A DNA stretch of 64,000 nt from an uncultured archaeon (GTDB lineage: Archaea; Iainarchaeota; Iainarchaeia; Iainarchaeales; VGJJ01): positions 1,212 to 65,211 of the forward strand of contig CAZKYB010000002.1 of NCBI GenBank assembly GCA_964557045.1. The letters are read 5' to 3'. Made by a program: the position numbers and the translations under genes. Each line of letters begins with the position of its first letter. The first letter of the stretch is position 1. Under the pieces are notes generated by a model. That model did not search any database, had not been told where the DNA came from, and saw only the letters and a list, made by a program, of their open reading frames with translations. This document shows, one piece after another, positions 26,329 through 36,088 of this stretch.

Positions 26329-27165
26329 TTGGGAATGAAATACACGCACGCACTTCTCCTTGCGCTGGTCCTCCTGACGGGGTCCTCGGTCGTATTTGCC
26401 CAAATGGACGGAGGGACTGTCAATTCTTCCATTCTCCTTGCGAATACCCTCCGAGACAATGCCTACAATGTGGTCCTAGTCTCGGCCGCCGCCCTCATCC
26501 TGCTAGTGGTATATTCCATCAAGACCAAGCCCCGCAAGGAGAAAATGAAAAAACTCTTGTTTTGGTCGATTGTGTTTTTCGCCGTGGGAAGCAACCTCTA
26601 TCTCGCAGGGGCTACGCTTTACACCAACCACGTGTCTCCGACCGGGGGACCGGTGCACTGGCACACGGATTTTGAATTATGGAACTGCGGACAATTCCTC
26701 GATGTGGTAGACCCTACCGGCTGGGACAATCGCGTGGGAACGTGGGAAGTCCACGAGCACAATGACAACCGGATGCACATTGAGGGAACCATCCTCGATA
26801 TGGACCAGGCATCCTTCCATCACTTCTTCGAAATTATTGGCGGAACCGTGGATAGAAGCGGGATGAACATCCCCACGATCAATGGAAACGTCAACCTCCC
26901 GGCGCAGGGAATGTGCGGTGGAAAGCGGGCCGAACTGCAAGTGTTCCGATTGTACATCACCAACCCCGAAAGCGCGAAGAATTGGACCTACGTCCAGGAA
27001 AAGCTCGAATTCCCTGAGGGATTGGAGAAGATTATGGCGCCCTATGCCAACGTCCCTCCTGGAGACTGCTTGATTATTGAATATGACACCCCCAAGTCGA
27101 AGACCGCCCATTCTTGCGCGTCCTATCGATCGGCGATGAATCGAGGTGAACTGCATGGCCGTTGA
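26329..27165 (+). CDS. Membrane-anchored exported protein with a His-rich and Cys-containing domain. Possible metal-binding or redox substrate.
   Basis: Signal-like N-terminus plus two further TM helices. The domain carries HWHTDFELWNCGQF, HEHNDNRMHIEG, GMCGG, GDCLII and HSCASY. Its stop overlaps the start of the CcdA-like gene. Confidence 0.5.
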   Translation: MGMKYTHALLLALVLLTGSSVVFAQMDGGTVNSSILLANTLRDNAYNVVLVSAAALILLVVYSIKTKPRKEKMKKLLFWSIVFFAVGSNLYLAGATLYTNHVSPTGGPVHWHTDFELWNCGQFLDVVDPTGWDNRVGTWEVHEHNDNRMHIEGTILDMDQASFHHFFEIIGGTVDRSGMNIPTINGNVNLPAQGMCGGKRAELQVFRLYITNPESAKNWTYVQEKLEFPEGLEKIMAPYANVPPGDCLIIEYDTPKSKTAHSCASYRSAMNRGELHGR

Positions 27166-27865
27166 AGCCTATCTCCCCACACTTGGAACCGTTATCGTGA
27201 CCGCGTTGATTGATTCGATTAATCCCTGCGCGATTGGCGTACTCATCCTCATGATTACGGTGTTGCTCGGGAAAAAGAAAAGCACGCGCGACATGCTGCT
27301 GTTCGGCGGACTCTACATCACGGCGGTCGCCACCACGTATTTCCTCGCGGGATTGGGGTTGATCTATTTCCTCTCCGTTATTCCCTTGTATGTGTCCGAA
27401 TACATCTCCATCGCAGTAGGGTTATTCATCGTCTTCGCGGGATTGTTAGAAGTGAAGGACTTTTTCTGGTACGGAAAAGGATTCTCGCTCCAAATCCCCT
27501 ATGAGTACGCCCAGAAAATCAACAAGTACGCCGAAAATGTCACCGTCCCCGGGGTCATTTTCCTCGGAGCGTTTGTGGCAGCCGTTGAACTCCCCTGCAC
27601 GGGCGCCCCCTACTTGGCCATCATCACGCTGCTCTCTCAATACTTCGACTTCACGGCCTTGTTGTTGCTGATCCTCTACAACATTATCTTCGTATCCCCC
27701 CTCATTGTCATCCTGTTGGCAGTGGCAGCTGGACGAAAAGTCGCGGACTTCAAGAAATTCAAGGAAGAGAACAAGGGATACATGCGCCTCCTGATTGGAC
27801 TATTACTCATCTCCATGGGCTGGCTCCTCATCCTTATCTCGAATGGAACCATCAACTTCGGGTGA
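27155..27865 (+). CDS. ccdA: CcdA/DsbD-family membrane thiol-disulfide electron transporter.
   Basis: Conserved Cys in TM1 (SINPCAIGVL) and TM4 (ELPCTGAPY). About 6 TM. Start at ATG 27155. Confidence 0.7.
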   Translation: MAVEAYLPTLGTVIVTALIDSINPCAIGVLILMITVLLGKKKSTRDMLLFGGLYITAVATTYFLAGLGLIYFLSVIPLYVSEYISIAVGLFIVFAGLLEVKDFFWYGKGFSLQIPYEYAQKINKYAENVTVPGVIFLGAFVAAVELPCTGAPYLAIITLLSQYFDFTALLLLILYNIIFVSPLIVILLAVAAGRKVADFKKFKEENKGYMRLLIGLLLISMGWLLILISNGTINFG

Positions 27866-27872
27866 CACTCAC

Positions 27873-28190
27873 ATGAAAACAAAAACCACCAAAACCAAAG
27901 GGAAAACCAAAAACTTTACCTCCCGCATGGTTGTAAAACGACGCGGACACACGGAGAAGTTCGACGAGCGAAAAATATACGCCTCCGTGTATGAAGCCTG
28001 TCACGTGGACGGGATGAAGACGGAAAAAGCGGAAAAGATTGCGTCCGCGGTAACAAATGCCATCAAGAAGAAACTCGAGAAGCTTGACACCGTGTCCTCA
28101 CACGCCCTCCACGCCCAAGTGGTGAAGGAACTCAAGAAGCACCACGCAGATGTGGCCTTCATGTACGAGCACCACAAGAATATCTGCTGA
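27873..28190 (+). CDS. Standalone ATP-cone domain protein (about 105 aa).
   Basis: MVVKRRGHTEKFDERKIYASVYEACHVDGMKTEKAEKIASAVTNAIKK matches the ATP-cone (NrdR/RNR N-terminal) pattern VxKRdG..E.Fd..KI. A K/T-rich N-terminal tail precedes it. Confidence 0.6.
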   Translation: MKTKTTKTKGKTKNFTSRMVVKRRGHTEKFDERKIYASVYEACHVDGMKTEKAEKIASAVTNAIKKKLEKLDTVSSHALHAQVVKELKKHHADVAFMYEHHKNIC

Positions 28191-28877
28191 TTAGTCTGCC
28201 ACTCGTTTCGCGAAATGATGAATCGCCCGGGAGAGATAGAGATATTGCCGGCGCGAGAAATCATCCAATGGACCCTCCACCCGACCGTCGTCCGTCTTGC
28301 GGAACGTGCGGGGGTGGCGATCCAAACTTACCAACAGACTCTCGGCCACATTCGCGGAAGAATAACTTAGGAGGTCCTGCCACACTACGACACGCGACTC
28401 AGGATTCATGCGCTGGATGGCCTTTGTCAGCGTGGCGAGGGTCCCTCCCAAATACTGATAATCCACCACCACATACCGCACGGGACGAGCCCCCACCACG
28501 CGCTGGGCACGAAGGGCGTGGACCATCATCCCCACGTTCTGCTCAACCGTGGGGTCGGGCTGACTGGGACTTATGAAATAATGGACCTTCCGGCGCGAAC
28601 GAGGGGAAGCCGGATAGAGCGCAGCATAGGCCTCAAACGCAGGACGCATTCCCCGACCGACGAAAATGAGGTGGTCCGAAGGCACCGTCATGGACCGAAC
28701 TCCCCGAGCTACCCGGATGGCGTTGCGGGCAATCCGCAACAAGGCCTTTCGGGACTCCGGAGCCATCCTAAAAATAGCAGCCCGACGCGCCACGGAAACC
28801 TTACGGAAACGCTTTTTGGACGAGGATCCACGGCGACGCCACATTCTAGGGAGGAGGCGACACTCTATTATAATCAT
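28191..28877 (-). CDS. Hypothetical protein, member of a local three-paralog family (Arg-rich N-terminus, RGxxPxF and RYVxxD motifs).
   Basis: 228 aa filling the gap between the ATP-cone gene and SRP54. The opposite strand in this gap gives only Pro/Arg-rich junk. It shares motifs with 59781..60221 and 42137..42724. Confidence 0.5.
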   Translation of the reverse strand: MIIIECRLLPRMWRRRGSSSKKRFRKVSVARRAAIFRMAPESRKALLRIARNAIRVARGVRSMTVPSDHLIFVGRGMRPAFEAYAALYPASPRSRRKVHYFISPSQPDPTVEQNVGMMVHALRAQRVVGARPVRYVVVDYQYLGGTLATLTKAIQRMNPESRVVVWQDLLSYSSANVAESLLVSLDRHPRTFRKTDDGRVEGPLDDFSRRQYLYLSRAIHHFAKRVAD

Positions 28878-28898
28878 TCAGGACGGGAAATAGTCCAT

Positions 28899-30251
28899 AT
28901 GGGATTCGGCGACAGCTTACGGAAGGCCTTCGACTCATTCAACGCATTGAGGGTGGTCGACAAGGATAGTGTCAAGACCCTTGTGAAGGAACTCCAGAGA
29001 GCCCTGATATCCGCCGATGTGGATATTGAGACAGTATTGAGCCTCTCCAAGCAGCTCGAGGCTGCCGCCCTATCTGAAAATATTCCCAAGGGATTGAACC
29101 GAAAAGAACACCTCATCTCCCTCACGTACGATGCTCTTGTTGATTTGATTGGGGGAAAAGAAAACAAGATCCCCGAGAAACCCCACAGCATCTTGTTGGT
29201 TGGATTGTTTGGATCTGGAAAAACAACCTCAGCCGCTAAACTGGCTCATTATTACATGAAGAGGGGATTGCGCGTAGGAATCATTGCCGCCGACACCTTC
29301 CGACCGGCGGCGATTGATCAATTGGAACAGCTCACGAAAAAACTCCCCGGGGTTTTGTTCTACTCCAACCGCAATGAGAAAGAAGCCAGCATCGTAGTCA
29401 AGCAAGGAATTGTGGACCTGCTCAGTAAGGGAGCCCACACCATTATTGTGGATTCCGCCGGACGAAGCGCGCTCGACCCGGAATTGGTCGATGAAGTAAA
29501 GCGCATCCACGCCGTATTGAAGCCCGAACACACGTGGTTGGTGTTAGGTGGCGACGTGGGACAGCAGGCGAAAAAGCAAGCCAAGGCGTTCCATGAAACA
29601 GTCGGAGTGAACGGCGTCATCCTCACGCGAATGGACGGAAGTGCCAAGGGAGGAGGCGCATTATCCGCATGCCGCGCCACGAACGCACCCGTACACTTCA
29701 TTGGGGTGGGAGAAAAGATACAGGATTTGGAAGCGTTTGATGCCCCGCGCTATTTGTCACGCGTCATGGGATACGGCGATTTGAAGGGACTATTAGAAAA
29801 GATGGAAGACCTGAAAGTGGAAAGCGCCTCGGCCGCTAATCCCCTTGAGGGACCCTTTACCCTCCAAACATTCTACGCGCAACTCGAATCCACTCGCAAG
29901 TTAGGGCCGTTGTCCAAAGTTGCGGAAATGCTAGGAATGGGAAACCATATTCCCAAGCAAGACTTGGAAGTCGGAGAAGGAAAATTGGATGCCTACAAGG
30001 CCATGATGGACAGCATGACGCGACAGGAGAAGCACGATCCTGAAACCATCACTTCATCTCGCATCGCCCGCATTGCAAAAGGAAGCGGAAAAGGGGAGAA
30101 TGACGTGCGAGAATTATTGAAACACTACCGCCAACTCAAGAAAATGGTCTCGCAATTCAAGCACCTCGACGAGGACGCGCTCAAGAACCCCAAGGACATG
30201 CAGAAGATGATGAAGAAATTCCAGAAACCCAAGAAGATTAAACTCCGATAA
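28899..30251 (+). CDS. srp54: Signal recognition particle protein SRP54.
   Basis: N domain MGFGDSLRKAFDSF, G domain (GLFGSGKTTSAAKL, DSAGR, TRMD) and a Met-rich M domain. The ORF-track start at 28518 is read-through; the true ATG is at 28899. Confidence 0.9.
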   Translation: MGFGDSLRKAFDSFNALRVVDKDSVKTLVKELQRALISADVDIETVLSLSKQLEAAALSENIPKGLNRKEHLISLTYDALVDLIGGKENKIPEKPHSILLVGLFGSGKTTSAAKLAHYYMKRGLRVGIIAADTFRPAAIDQLEQLTKKLPGVLFYSNRNEKEASIVVKQGIVDLLSKGAHTIIVDSAGRSALDPELVDEVKRIHAVLKPEHTWLVLGGDVGQQAKKQAKAFHETVGVNGVILTRMDGSAKGGGALSACRATNAPVHFIGVGEKIQDLEAFDAPRYLSRVMGYGDLKGLLEKMEDLKVESASAANPLEGPFTLQTFYAQLESTRKLGPLSKVAEMLGMGNHIPKQDLEVGEGKLDAYKAMMDSMTRQEKHDPETITSSRIARIAKGSGKGENDVRELLKHYRQLKKMVSQFKHLDEDALKNPKDMQKMMKKFQKPKKIKLR

Positions 30252-30262
30252 AGGAACAAACA

Positions 30263-31081
30263 ATGATCCCCCAGCTTGCATTCTTCGTGAACGTGGTAGT
30301 CGGGGCCATCAGTGCCTACACGGACATCAAAACAGGATACATCTACGACTGGATCACGTATCCCCTCATCGCCATTGGAATCATCCTCACCATTATCACC
30401 CAGCAGTGGATTGGACTTTTACTCGCGGGGTTGATTTATGGGGTTGGATGGTTGGCGTATCGCTCAGGCAAAATGGGCGGAGGAGACATCAAGCTCCTCG
30501 CCGGAATGGCCCTTGTACAACCCACCTATGAGGGGATGATTTTCCCCCTCGCCGTACTGCTGATTGGCGCCCTGAGCGCATGTATGGTGTTTTGCCTGTA
30601 TTACGTGGGAGGATTTCTCCTCAGCAAGCCCAAAATCCACTGGAACACCCCTCGGAAGAAAGGAGCGGGAATTCTCCTTGTGGTTTTTGTTGCATTGTTC
30701 CTGTACATGAACGCCCAACTCCCCGCGGGGGGGATTACACTCCTCTTGCTGGAAATCGCATTGATAATAGGATTGATTTTCTACGCCTTTGAAGAGGAAG
30801 TGAAAAAACACGCCTTCCTCAAACGAATTCCACTCAATGAATTAGACGAAGACGAAGTCTTAGCCATTGAACACCTCACGAAAGAAGAAAAAGAAAAATG
30901 GGGGACCAAAATAAGCGATTTGATTTCGCGAGAAGACATTCCCGCGCTCAAGCACAAGGGACTCTCTACCATTCCCGTGTATCGCAACCTCCCCAAGTTC
31001 GCCCCGTTCTTACTTGTGGGGATACTCGCGACGTATCTCTTCCCGGAATGGATCTCCCAAATCGTGCCAAGCTTTTTATAA
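30263..31081 (+). CDS. Type IV prepilin/preflagellin peptidase (A24 family, PibD/FlaK/EppA-like).
   Basis: Polytopic membrane protein with two catalytic Asp contexts (YTDIKTGYIYDW; GGGDIKLLAG). Confidence 0.8.
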   Translation: MIPQLAFFVNVVVGAISAYTDIKTGYIYDWITYPLIAIGIILTIITQQWIGLLLAGLIYGVGWLAYRSGKMGGGDIKLLAGMALVQPTYEGMIFPLAVLLIGALSACMVFCLYYVGGFLLSKPKIHWNTPRKKGAGILLVVFVALFLYMNAQLPAGGITLLLLEIALIIGLIFYAFEEEVKKHAFLKRIPLNELDEDEVLAIEHLTKEEKEKWGTKISDLISREDIPALKHKGLSTIPVYRNLPKFAPFLLVGILATYLFPEWISQIVPSFL

Positions 31082-31103
31082 CCACCAAAACAAGGGAATT
31101 GGA

Positions 31104-32015
31104 ATGAAGATCCTCATCACTGGAAGCACCGGAATGATTGGCTCCCGACTCGTGGAGAAGCTCAAAACCAAACACACGATTGTGGAGTTTTCCCGACGCA
31201 AGGGGATGGATATCACCAAATTGGAGGATGTAGAGAAAGCCATCCATGGCGTGGACATTGTGATTCATGCCGCCGCAGAATTGGAAGAAACCAAAGGAGA
31301 AACTGAAATGTTCCGCACAAATGTAGAGGGGACGCGCAATCTCCTCACGGCGGCCGAAGAGGAAGGAATCGAACAATTCATTCACCTCAGCACGGTTGGA
31401 ATATATGGAGACACCCAAGGAAAAATACGCGAAGACAGCGAAACCAACCCTCACACGGCCTATGAGCGAAGCAAGAAGGAGGCCGAAACCCTCGTGTGGA
31501 ATATGCAGGAAGTGTTCCCCGTCACGATTGTACGACCGGCCATCGTGGTGGGACCCAATAAGTACTGGGCATCCATCTTCAAGACCATCAAGAAAGGATT
31601 CCCCCTCATCGGAAAAGGAACCAACGCCTGGCAAATGATTCAGGTGGACGATTTAGTCGATTTTATCGCGATGTGCGTGGGAAACGACGACACGTACAAC
31701 GAGGCCTACCTCGTCGCCGAGCAGGAAGCCCACACGCTTAGGGAGATTGTCGACATGATGGCCGACATCCTAAAAGTCAAACGACCGGGAAGCATTCCCA
31801 TTGTATTAGGAATGGCCGTCTCCTACTTCTTTGGAATCCAAGGAAAACTACTGGGAAAAAAACCCCTCTTGACCCCGCCGCATGTGAAACGCATGCTGAA
31901 GCATCGCGAATACGATATTAGCAAGGCCCTCAAAACCAAATGGAAACCCAAACACTCCACTCGACAAGCCCTGGAAGACACCTACGTGCAATTAGTGCAA
32001 GGTAAATGGATCTGA
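31104..32015 (+). CDS. NAD-dependent epimerase/dehydratase family protein.
   Basis: Rossmann GxxGxxG (MKILITGSTGMIGS) and the YxxxK region. Start moved to the ATG at 31104. Confidence 0.8.
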   Translation: MKILITGSTGMIGSRLVEKLKTKHTIVEFSRRKGMDITKLEDVEKAIHGVDIVIHAAAELEETKGETEMFRTNVEGTRNLLTAAEEEGIEQFIHLSTVGIYGDTQGKIREDSETNPHTAYERSKKEAETLVWNMQEVFPVTIVRPAIVVGPNKYWASIFKTIKKGFPLIGKGTNAWQMIQVDDLVDFIAMCVGNDDTYNEAYLVAEQEAHTLREIVDMMADILKVKRPGSIPIVLGMAVSYFFGIQGKLLGKKPLLTPPHVKRMLKHREYDISKALKTKWKPKHSTRQALEDTYVQLVQGKWI

Positions 32016-32018
32016 GAA

Positions 32019-32474
32019 TTAATCTTCTTCATCCGCCTTGGGATCACCTAAAGGAAACTCATCGTGCCACTGGGAAATACGATTAATCATCTTGGACATG
32101 GGATCATTGAAAGGCAATCGGGCGATAGCATCCTGAATCACATTCCACGCAAACACGCCCAGGGGATGAAATTCGTGCTCGAGGGAGAGCATCGAGAGAA
32201 AAATAGAGAGGTCGAGTGCTTCACACTCCTCCTGGGACTTTCCCACAAACAATGCGCAGGACGCATTCAGAATACGCACACCCTCCGCAGGGGCGTCGGT
32301 CTCAAAACCAAAATCAGATACTTTTCCACGCTCAACTTTTGCATCCAGCGTCACCTTGAATGGGGTGCTGCCGGCAAACGAGGAGCGAATGGTCGAATGC
32401 GCATCCTTAAGGCGCTTTGCAAAAGAACGAACCGTGGATTTAGGAGCCATATGGAGGTCGAGCAACCAAGACAT
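32019..32474 (-). CDS. Hypothetical protein (151 aa).
   Basis: Clean ORF with coding-like composition. No domain recognised. Confidence 0.4.
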   Translation of the reverse strand: MSWLLDLHMAPKSTVRSFAKRLKDAHSTIRSSFAGSTPFKVTLDAKVERGKVSDFGFETDAPAEGVRILNASCALFVGKSQEECEALDLSIFLSMLSLEHEFHPLGVFAWNVIQDAIARLPFNDPMSKMINRISQWHDEFPLGDPKADEED

Positions 32475-32502
32475 TAAGTATCTTTTCTACGTCTGAAACA
32501 GA

Positions 32503-33339
32503 ATGACCCACAAATTATCCATCGGACCCTCCGGAATACCCCTCGCGGCAGAGGGAAAGGGCATTGTGAAGGGCATCGAGATGATTAAAACACTCGGACT
32601 TGAGGCGATGGAACTAGCCTTTGTTCAAAGCGTATACATCAAGGACGAAGACAAGGCCAAAGAGGTCAATAAGGCCCAAGAAAAAGCCGGAATCCGACTC
32701 AGCGTCCACGCCCCCTACTACATCAACCTGAATTCCCAAAAAAAAGAAACCCTCGACGCAAGTATTGAACGCCTCTACCTCGCGTGCAAGATGGGAGGAT
32801 TGTGCGGCGCGGAAAGCGTGGCCGTGCACGCCGCCTTCCGACACGCGGACGATTCCAAAACCATCCAAAAAAAAATCGAGGAAGCCTGCCAGCAAATCTA
32901 TGAACGATTGGACGCCGATAAAATAAAGATTAAAATTGCCCCCGAATTCGCCGGAAAATTATCCCAGTGGGGCACACTCGAAGAAGTGATGGAGATTGCA
33001 CAAGAAAATAGAATCTCATGGTGCATGGACTTCGGACACGCCCACGCCACCAGCAAGGGAAGCCTCACTACCAAAGAAAAATTTGATGCCATATTAGAAA
33101 AAATAGAAAAGTTTGATTCATCCTATCTCAAAGACCTCCACATACAGTGCTGCGGGATTACTTTCTCGGATAAGGGAGAGAAGTATCACACTTCATTCGA
33201 TTCCCCAGAGAGCACCGTCAACTGGAAAGCCATGGCCGAGAGCTTTAAGGAATACAACGTCGGTGGAATCTGCATCACGGAATGCCCGGGACAAGAAAAG
33301 GATGCGTTGCTGCTGAAAAATTATTACCAATCTCTCTGA
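32503..33339 (+). CDS. Endonuclease IV / xylose-isomerase-like TIM-barrel protein (AP endonuclease family 2-like).
   Basis: His/Glu metal-site contexts HAPYYINLNS, AVHAAFRH, MDFGHAH. About 278 aa. Confidence 0.55.
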   Translation: MTHKLSIGPSGIPLAAEGKGIVKGIEMIKTLGLEAMELAFVQSVYIKDEDKAKEVNKAQEKAGIRLSVHAPYYINLNSQKKETLDASIERLYLACKMGGLCGAESVAVHAAFRHADDSKTIQKKIEEACQQIYERLDADKIKIKIAPEFAGKLSQWGTLEEVMEIAQENRISWCMDFGHAHATSKGSLTTKEKFDAILEKIEKFDSSYLKDLHIQCCGITFSDKGEKYHTSFDSPESTVNWKAMAESFKEYNVGGICITECPGQEKDALLLKNYYQSL

Positions 33340-33340
33340 A

Positions 33341-34192
33341 TCAGCGCGCTTTTCCCGCTTTCTTGGCCGCATCCACCAATTCTTTCATCAATTTCTCGGC
33401 CTTCTTGATATCACCTTCGGCGGCCTTCGCAATACTCGTTCCCACGTGAACAATATCGGCCCCGGCGGAAATACACCGATACACATCCTCGGGTGTACGA
33501 ACGCCCCCCGCGACCACAATGGGCAAATGAACCATCTTACGCACCGCCCCAATACACTCAGGAGGGACACAGGTCGGGGCGCCGGAACCGGATTCTAAAA
33601 TAACTAGTTGCATTCCCAGCATCTGCGCCGCCAATGCATTCACGGCACCCAAATAGGGGATGTTCCGCGGCAACAACTTGGCACTCCCCACCCACCCCAC
33701 CGCTTGGCCAGGCTCATACACTAAATACGCGGTCCCAATCGTTTCCAATTTCATCTTCGCCACCGGATACGCGGCCGCCACTTGGGCTCCCGAAATATAG
33801 TACGGATCCGAGGAGTTGAATAGGCTCATAAAATAGACCGCATCCGCCTGCGGAGACAATGTGGCAATGTTTCCAGGAAACAAAATCACGGGCTTCTCGG
33901 AAACCGACTTGATGGCGGCAATACAATCATCTAAAATTTTACCTTGCGCCCCCAAACTTCCACCCACGGAGAATGCCGTGACTCCGGCGCGATCCGCGGC
34001 CTTGGCGATTTCCTTCACTTGTTCGGGCGTATGATCGGGAGGATCAATGACCACAAACACGTGACCGGGATTCTTCTTGGCATCCTCCAGCAAGCCCGCA
34101 TACACGGGGCCAAATGTCGGACCAATGGAATGAGAATGCGACACGTTATTCGTCTTCTTCTCACCTTTCACTTTAGGATGCGTATGCAGCAT
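33341..34192 (-). CDS. Geranylgeranylglyceryl phosphate synthase (GGGPS/PcrB family).
   Basis: Motifs VGGS, PVILFPG, ADAVYFMSLFNSSDPYYI, LESGSGAP, VAGGVRTPED match the GGGPS TIM-barrel family well. Confidence 0.8.
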   Translation of the reverse strand: MLHTHPKVKGEKKTNNVSHSHSIGPTFGPVYAGLLEDAKKNPGHVFVVIDPPDHTPEQVKEIAKAADRAGVTAFSVGGSLGAQGKILDDCIAAIKSVSEKPVILFPGNIATLSPQADAVYFMSLFNSSDPYYISGAQVAAAYPVAKMKLETIGTAYLVYEPGQAVGWVGSAKLLPRNIPYLGAVNALAAQMLGMQLVILESGSGAPTCVPPECIGAVRKMVHLPIVVAGGVRTPEDVYRCISAGADIVHVGTSIAKAAEGDIKKAEKLMKELVDAAKKAGKAR

Positions 34193-34312
34193 GGGGGATC
34201 CCTCACACTCTCAACTAAGGAAATTCAGCTTAAAAACACCCATTTTCGACAAACACACGGAAGTAAAACGGGAGATTGACGAAAACACGAGGGGGAGGAA
34301 GAAGGTATTGTG

Positions 34313-35074
34313 CTAGTAGAACGCTTCCGGGACTTCCTCAACCATGAGTCGCTCCAATTGTCTCGAGATGGATGCGCTTCCCCTCGCCTTGATGGGAAGA
34401 CCATGACCCGGGAGAATCATTTTTGGACTTGAAAACAAAATCTTGCGCGCCGAAGAAATCACCTGTTGTTTATTCCCGCTCGTTAAATCCCATCGTCCTA
34501 ATCCGGTGGAAAATAGTGCATCCCCGCAAAACAACCAACGCTTATTCTGCTCCATGAAGGAAACACTTCCTTTTGTATGTCCGGGAGTGAAAATAACCTG
34601 CACGGAAAAATTACCCAAGTCGAATACCTGCTTATCCACGAAGGTGTGGGCGACATTCGGCCATTTCACGGCAGGAACATTCAATCCATTGATGACTGAG
34701 AACACGGGATCCTTCGCGTTCACATACATGGCATCTGCCGGGTGCATCCATACTTCGGATTTAGGGAACAAATAATCCAATGCGAAATTATCCGCATGAC
34801 CATGTGTGTGAAGAATAATGTTCACGTCGCGTGGAGTCAAGCCAATCGAAGAAAGACCCTCTTTCAACTGACGGGAACTGCCCCCAAGACCGGAATCGAT
34901 CAGCACGACCTTCTTTCCGACTAAAACGTAGGAGTGGCTGGCGCTCTCGGTGCCAAACGACGCGTAAATGTTATCCCCAATCTGTTCCCACATTCGACCA
35001 GTACCACAGCTTGTACAAATAAAAAGGATGGCGTTTAACTCGCGCGACAAAAACCAACCTATAAGAGGGTGCAA
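34313..35074 (-). CDS. MBL-fold metallo-hydrolase.
   Basis: HxHxDH motif (ILHTHGHADN) and downstream His/Asp ligands. Confidence 0.75.
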   Translation of the reverse strand: MHPLIGWFLSRELNAILFICTSCGTGRMWEQIGDNIYASFGTESASHSYVLVGKKVVLIDSGLGGSSRQLKEGLSSIGLTPRDVNIILHTHGHADNFALDYLFPKSEVWMHPADAMYVNAKDPVFSVINGLNVPAVKWPNVAHTFVDKQVFDLGNFSVQVIFTPGHTKGSVSFMEQNKRWLFCGDALFSTGLGRWDLTSGNKQQVISSARKILFSSPKMILPGHGLPIKARGSASISRQLERLMVEEVPEAFY

Positions 35075-35088
35075 AACGTACTGATAGG

Positions 35089-36057
35089 ATGACCGCCCTC
35101 ACCTTCGACGTGAACACGACACTCCAACGCATGTCGGAAGAATCGGGAATCGAACAGGCGATTATTCGTCAAAAGATGGACGAGAAAATCGCCAAGTTCG
35201 CCGGACTATTGACCGAACAAGGCGCATTGGTTCTCCTCAGCAAAGAAATGAACATCCGCACTCCATTGGTAGAAAGGAATGCCACGCAGATGAAAATGGG
35301 CGAATTGAAACCCGGGATGAACAACGTGGACGTACGTGCGCAAATCAAGCGAGCCGACCCCCTGAAAACATTCAACAAGAATGGAAAGGAAGGAAAATAC
35401 GTGAGCCTACGACTCATGGATGAAACCGGAGAAGCGCTCTTTACGTTTTGGAACGAACAGGCCGATGAAGTCATCCAAAAAGGAATCAAAATTGGAGACA
35501 CACTCAACTTGCACAATGCCCGCGTGGGCGTGTTCAACGGACAGACCCAACTTTCATTGGGATACAATGGATCCTACTCCCTCGAAAAAGGAAATGAAAC
35601 ACTCACAACTACACCCGCCGAAAAAATTCCTTTTTCCGCCTTGAAAGAAAACGACTTTTTCGAAGGAAACGTGCACGTGGTGGATGTGTTTCCAGGAAAA
35701 GGATACTATGTGCGATGCACCGCCTGCGCGGCCAAACTTCAATACCGAGACACCATCTGCTCCCAATGCGGAAAGGAAGGAAGTGTAGAAACACGCTTGC
35801 TGGTATCCTTGCTACTCGACGACGGCACCGCCTCATTGCGAGGAGTGGCATTCGAGAATGAAGCGATTTCATTGATAGGAAAGACCAAAGAAGAGATTCT
35901 CACCGCCATGGACGATGAAAAACTCAAAATGGCCCTCTGGCAAGACATGAGGGGGAAAACCATCATCATTAAGGGGAGAGGAAAGAAAGGAATGGACGCC
36001 ACATCGGTAGAACTCATCCTCCAACGAATCCAACCCCGATTGTTCCAGAACGCATAA
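35089..36057 (+). CDS. RPA-like ssDNA-binding protein (OB folds plus a C4 zinc ribbon).
   Basis: OB-fold-like segments and CTACAAKLQYRDTICSQCG. Confidence 0.5.
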   Translation: MTALTFDVNTTLQRMSEESGIEQAIIRQKMDEKIAKFAGLLTEQGALVLLSKEMNIRTPLVERNATQMKMGELKPGMNNVDVRAQIKRADPLKTFNKNGKEGKYVSLRLMDETGEALFTFWNEQADEVIQKGIKIGDTLNLHNARVGVFNGQTQLSLGYNGSYSLEKGNETLTTTPAEKIPFSALKENDFFEGNVHVVDVFPGKGYYVRCTACAAKLQYRDTICSQCGKEGSVETRLLVSLLLDDGTASLRGVAFENEAISLIGKTKEEILTAMDDEKLKMALWQDMRGKTIIIKGRGKKGMDATSVELILQRIQPRLFQNA

Positions 36058-36088
36058 ATAGCGATAAAACGTAAGCACATGGAGGAGG

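Noticed and set aside
28191-28877. Twin-arginine (Tat) signal interpretation of the Arg-rich N-termini of the three paralogs.
   Set aside because: The RR motifs are not followed by a hydrophobic h-region or an AxA cleavage site. The proteins have no TM segments, so they are more likely cytoplasmic nucleic-acid-binding proteins.
28518-28898. N-terminal 127-aa extension of the SRP54 ORF (ORF track starts at 28518).
   Set aside because: The extension is Arg/His/Pro/Gly-rich read-through in the antisense of gene 28191..28877. SRP54 orthologs begin at MGFGDSLRKAF, the ATG at 28899.
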